Below are positions 63,201 to 64,000 of a DNA stretch of 64,000 nt, one piece after another. Every line of letters begins with the position of its first letter. The stretch's first letter is position 1. The stretch spans positions 102,548,001-102,612,000 of the forward strand of contig NC_042997.1 of NCBI RefSeq assembly GCF_006345805.1. Reading direction: 5' to 3'. Source of the stretch: Octopus sinensis (lineage: Eukaryota). The position numbers and the translations under genes were made by a program. Under the pieces are notes generated by a model. The model ran no database searches, was not told where the DNA came from, and worked only from the letters and a program-made list of their open reading frames with translations.

Positions 63201-63752
63201 TCAGCTTCACTTAGTTTGTTCCTTCCCAAAAGTTGAAAAAGGAGAATTGAATTTGACAGAGAAAGCTCATTAATCACCAGCAGCTAGTTCTTCCTATCTG
63301 CCTTACCTATTTACAGTTAGCTGGACAGAGCAATTTGAAAACAAAAAGACAGAGTGTTGCTAAGAACTATTGATCTTTTGCTTGGTTGTTTGATAGCATT
63401 TTGAATCAGCTATCTGCATGTTCTATATATATATATATAAATAAAACCATCGTTTAATGTCTGCCTTCAATGATAGCACAGTTTGGACGGTTTGACTAGG
63501 GAGAACACTGTACCATACTTCTGTGTCTGTTTTGGTAAGGTTTTACAACTGGATGCCCTTCCTATCATCAACCACCCAGCAGGGTATATTTTAAATATTT
63601 AAATACAACTTCAATTATGAAAAAGGAAAGGAAAAATAATCCATACCTTTCTTGCTGAATGTCTTTGGTCCAATTTTCTTTAGGTTAGCTTTTTTTATGT
63701 AATAAATTCGCAGTCCAAGTCCCTCAGATAGGCGTTGCATTTCCTGGTATAT
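51275..63752 (-). CDS. DDX52: DEAD-box RNA helicase DDX52/ROK1 (3' part; 5' exons lie beyond the window end), 375 aa in window
   Basis: Minus-strand exons in phase: 63752-63647, 61377-61305, 60628-60559, 59880-59747, 59644-59554, 57817-57695, 56963-56813, 55032-54957, 54459-54388, 53360-53274, 51419-51275. Motifs: [21 protein letters not shown] (DESD typical of DDX52), [46 protein letters not shown], basic C-terminal tail. Confidence 0.95.
52180..52725 (+). mobile_element. RTE LINE endonuclease C-terminus/linker fragment, followed by an RTE-tail SINE
   Basis: [28 protein letters not shown] is typical of the RTE APE-RT linker. Confidence 0.75.
55380..55590 (-). mobile_element. RTE LINE RT thumb fragment
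   Basis: Minus strand reads [30 protein letters not shown]. Confidence 0.7.
58570..59262 (+). mobile_element. RTE LINE 3' end with internal ~87-bp tandem repeats in the 3'UTR
   Basis: [17 protein letters not shown] remnant, repeated ggcatgtaaaaagcacc units, gtaggcgttaggaagggcatccagc tail, (tga)n end. Confidence 0.75.
61735..62090 (+). mobile_element. RTE LINE 3' end (ORF C-terminus + 3'UTR)
   Basis: [28 protein letters not shown] followed by the same tail as the abundant SINE. Confidence 0.75.
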
Positions 63753-63782
63753 CTGATAAGGAAAATAAGTGTATACATGTAG

Positions 63783-63837
<55 letters not shown>

Positions 63838-64000
63838 CAGACATATATATATCATTATCATTTAGCATCTGTTTTCCATGCTTGTATGGGTTGAACTGTT
63901 TGATCTGGGCTGGCAAGCTGAGGGGCTGTGCCAGACTCCAGTCTGATTTGGTATGGTTTCTGCAGTTGGATACACTTCTTAACACCAACCACTCTGAGAG

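Noticed and set aside
16864-63646. Search for U12-type or non-canonical introns in both genes
   Set aside because: All reconstructed introns are GT-AG and none has the GTATCCTT donor.

Overview
AT-rich eukaryotic genomic DNA, most likely an octopus/coleoid cephalopod (inferred from the SINE families; not verified). Two convergent genes reconstructed by hand from splice sites. (1) DNAJC10/ERdj5, + strand, 20 coding exons, 16669-43186, 780 aa: signal peptide, J-domain with HPD, four CXXC thioredoxin domains, C-terminal HDEF. (2) The 3' part of DDX52/ROK1, - strand, 11 exons, 51275-63752, 375 aa in the window, DESD helicase. The rest is dense with SINEs (about four families), RTE and CR1 LINE fragments, MITEs, a probable Helitron end, microsatellites and a near-identical 1.28 kb tandem duplication. 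The most notable accessory content is Penelope-like retroelements (PLEs) upstream of and inside DNAJC10. One near-complete RT+GIY-YIG copy has a 3' region with a modular CCAAT/CRE/TATA promoter, a splice donor and a minimal hammerhead ribozyme with a U3-A8 core. A second PLE family has a tRNA-like Pol III box pair just upstream of a hammerhead in its 3' region. Also present: a TSD-flanked, highly structured orphan 306-bp insert, two strand-biased hairpins, a probable uORF-bearing 5'UTR exon and a 47-bp templated insertion. Repeat boundaries are approximate (tens of bp).
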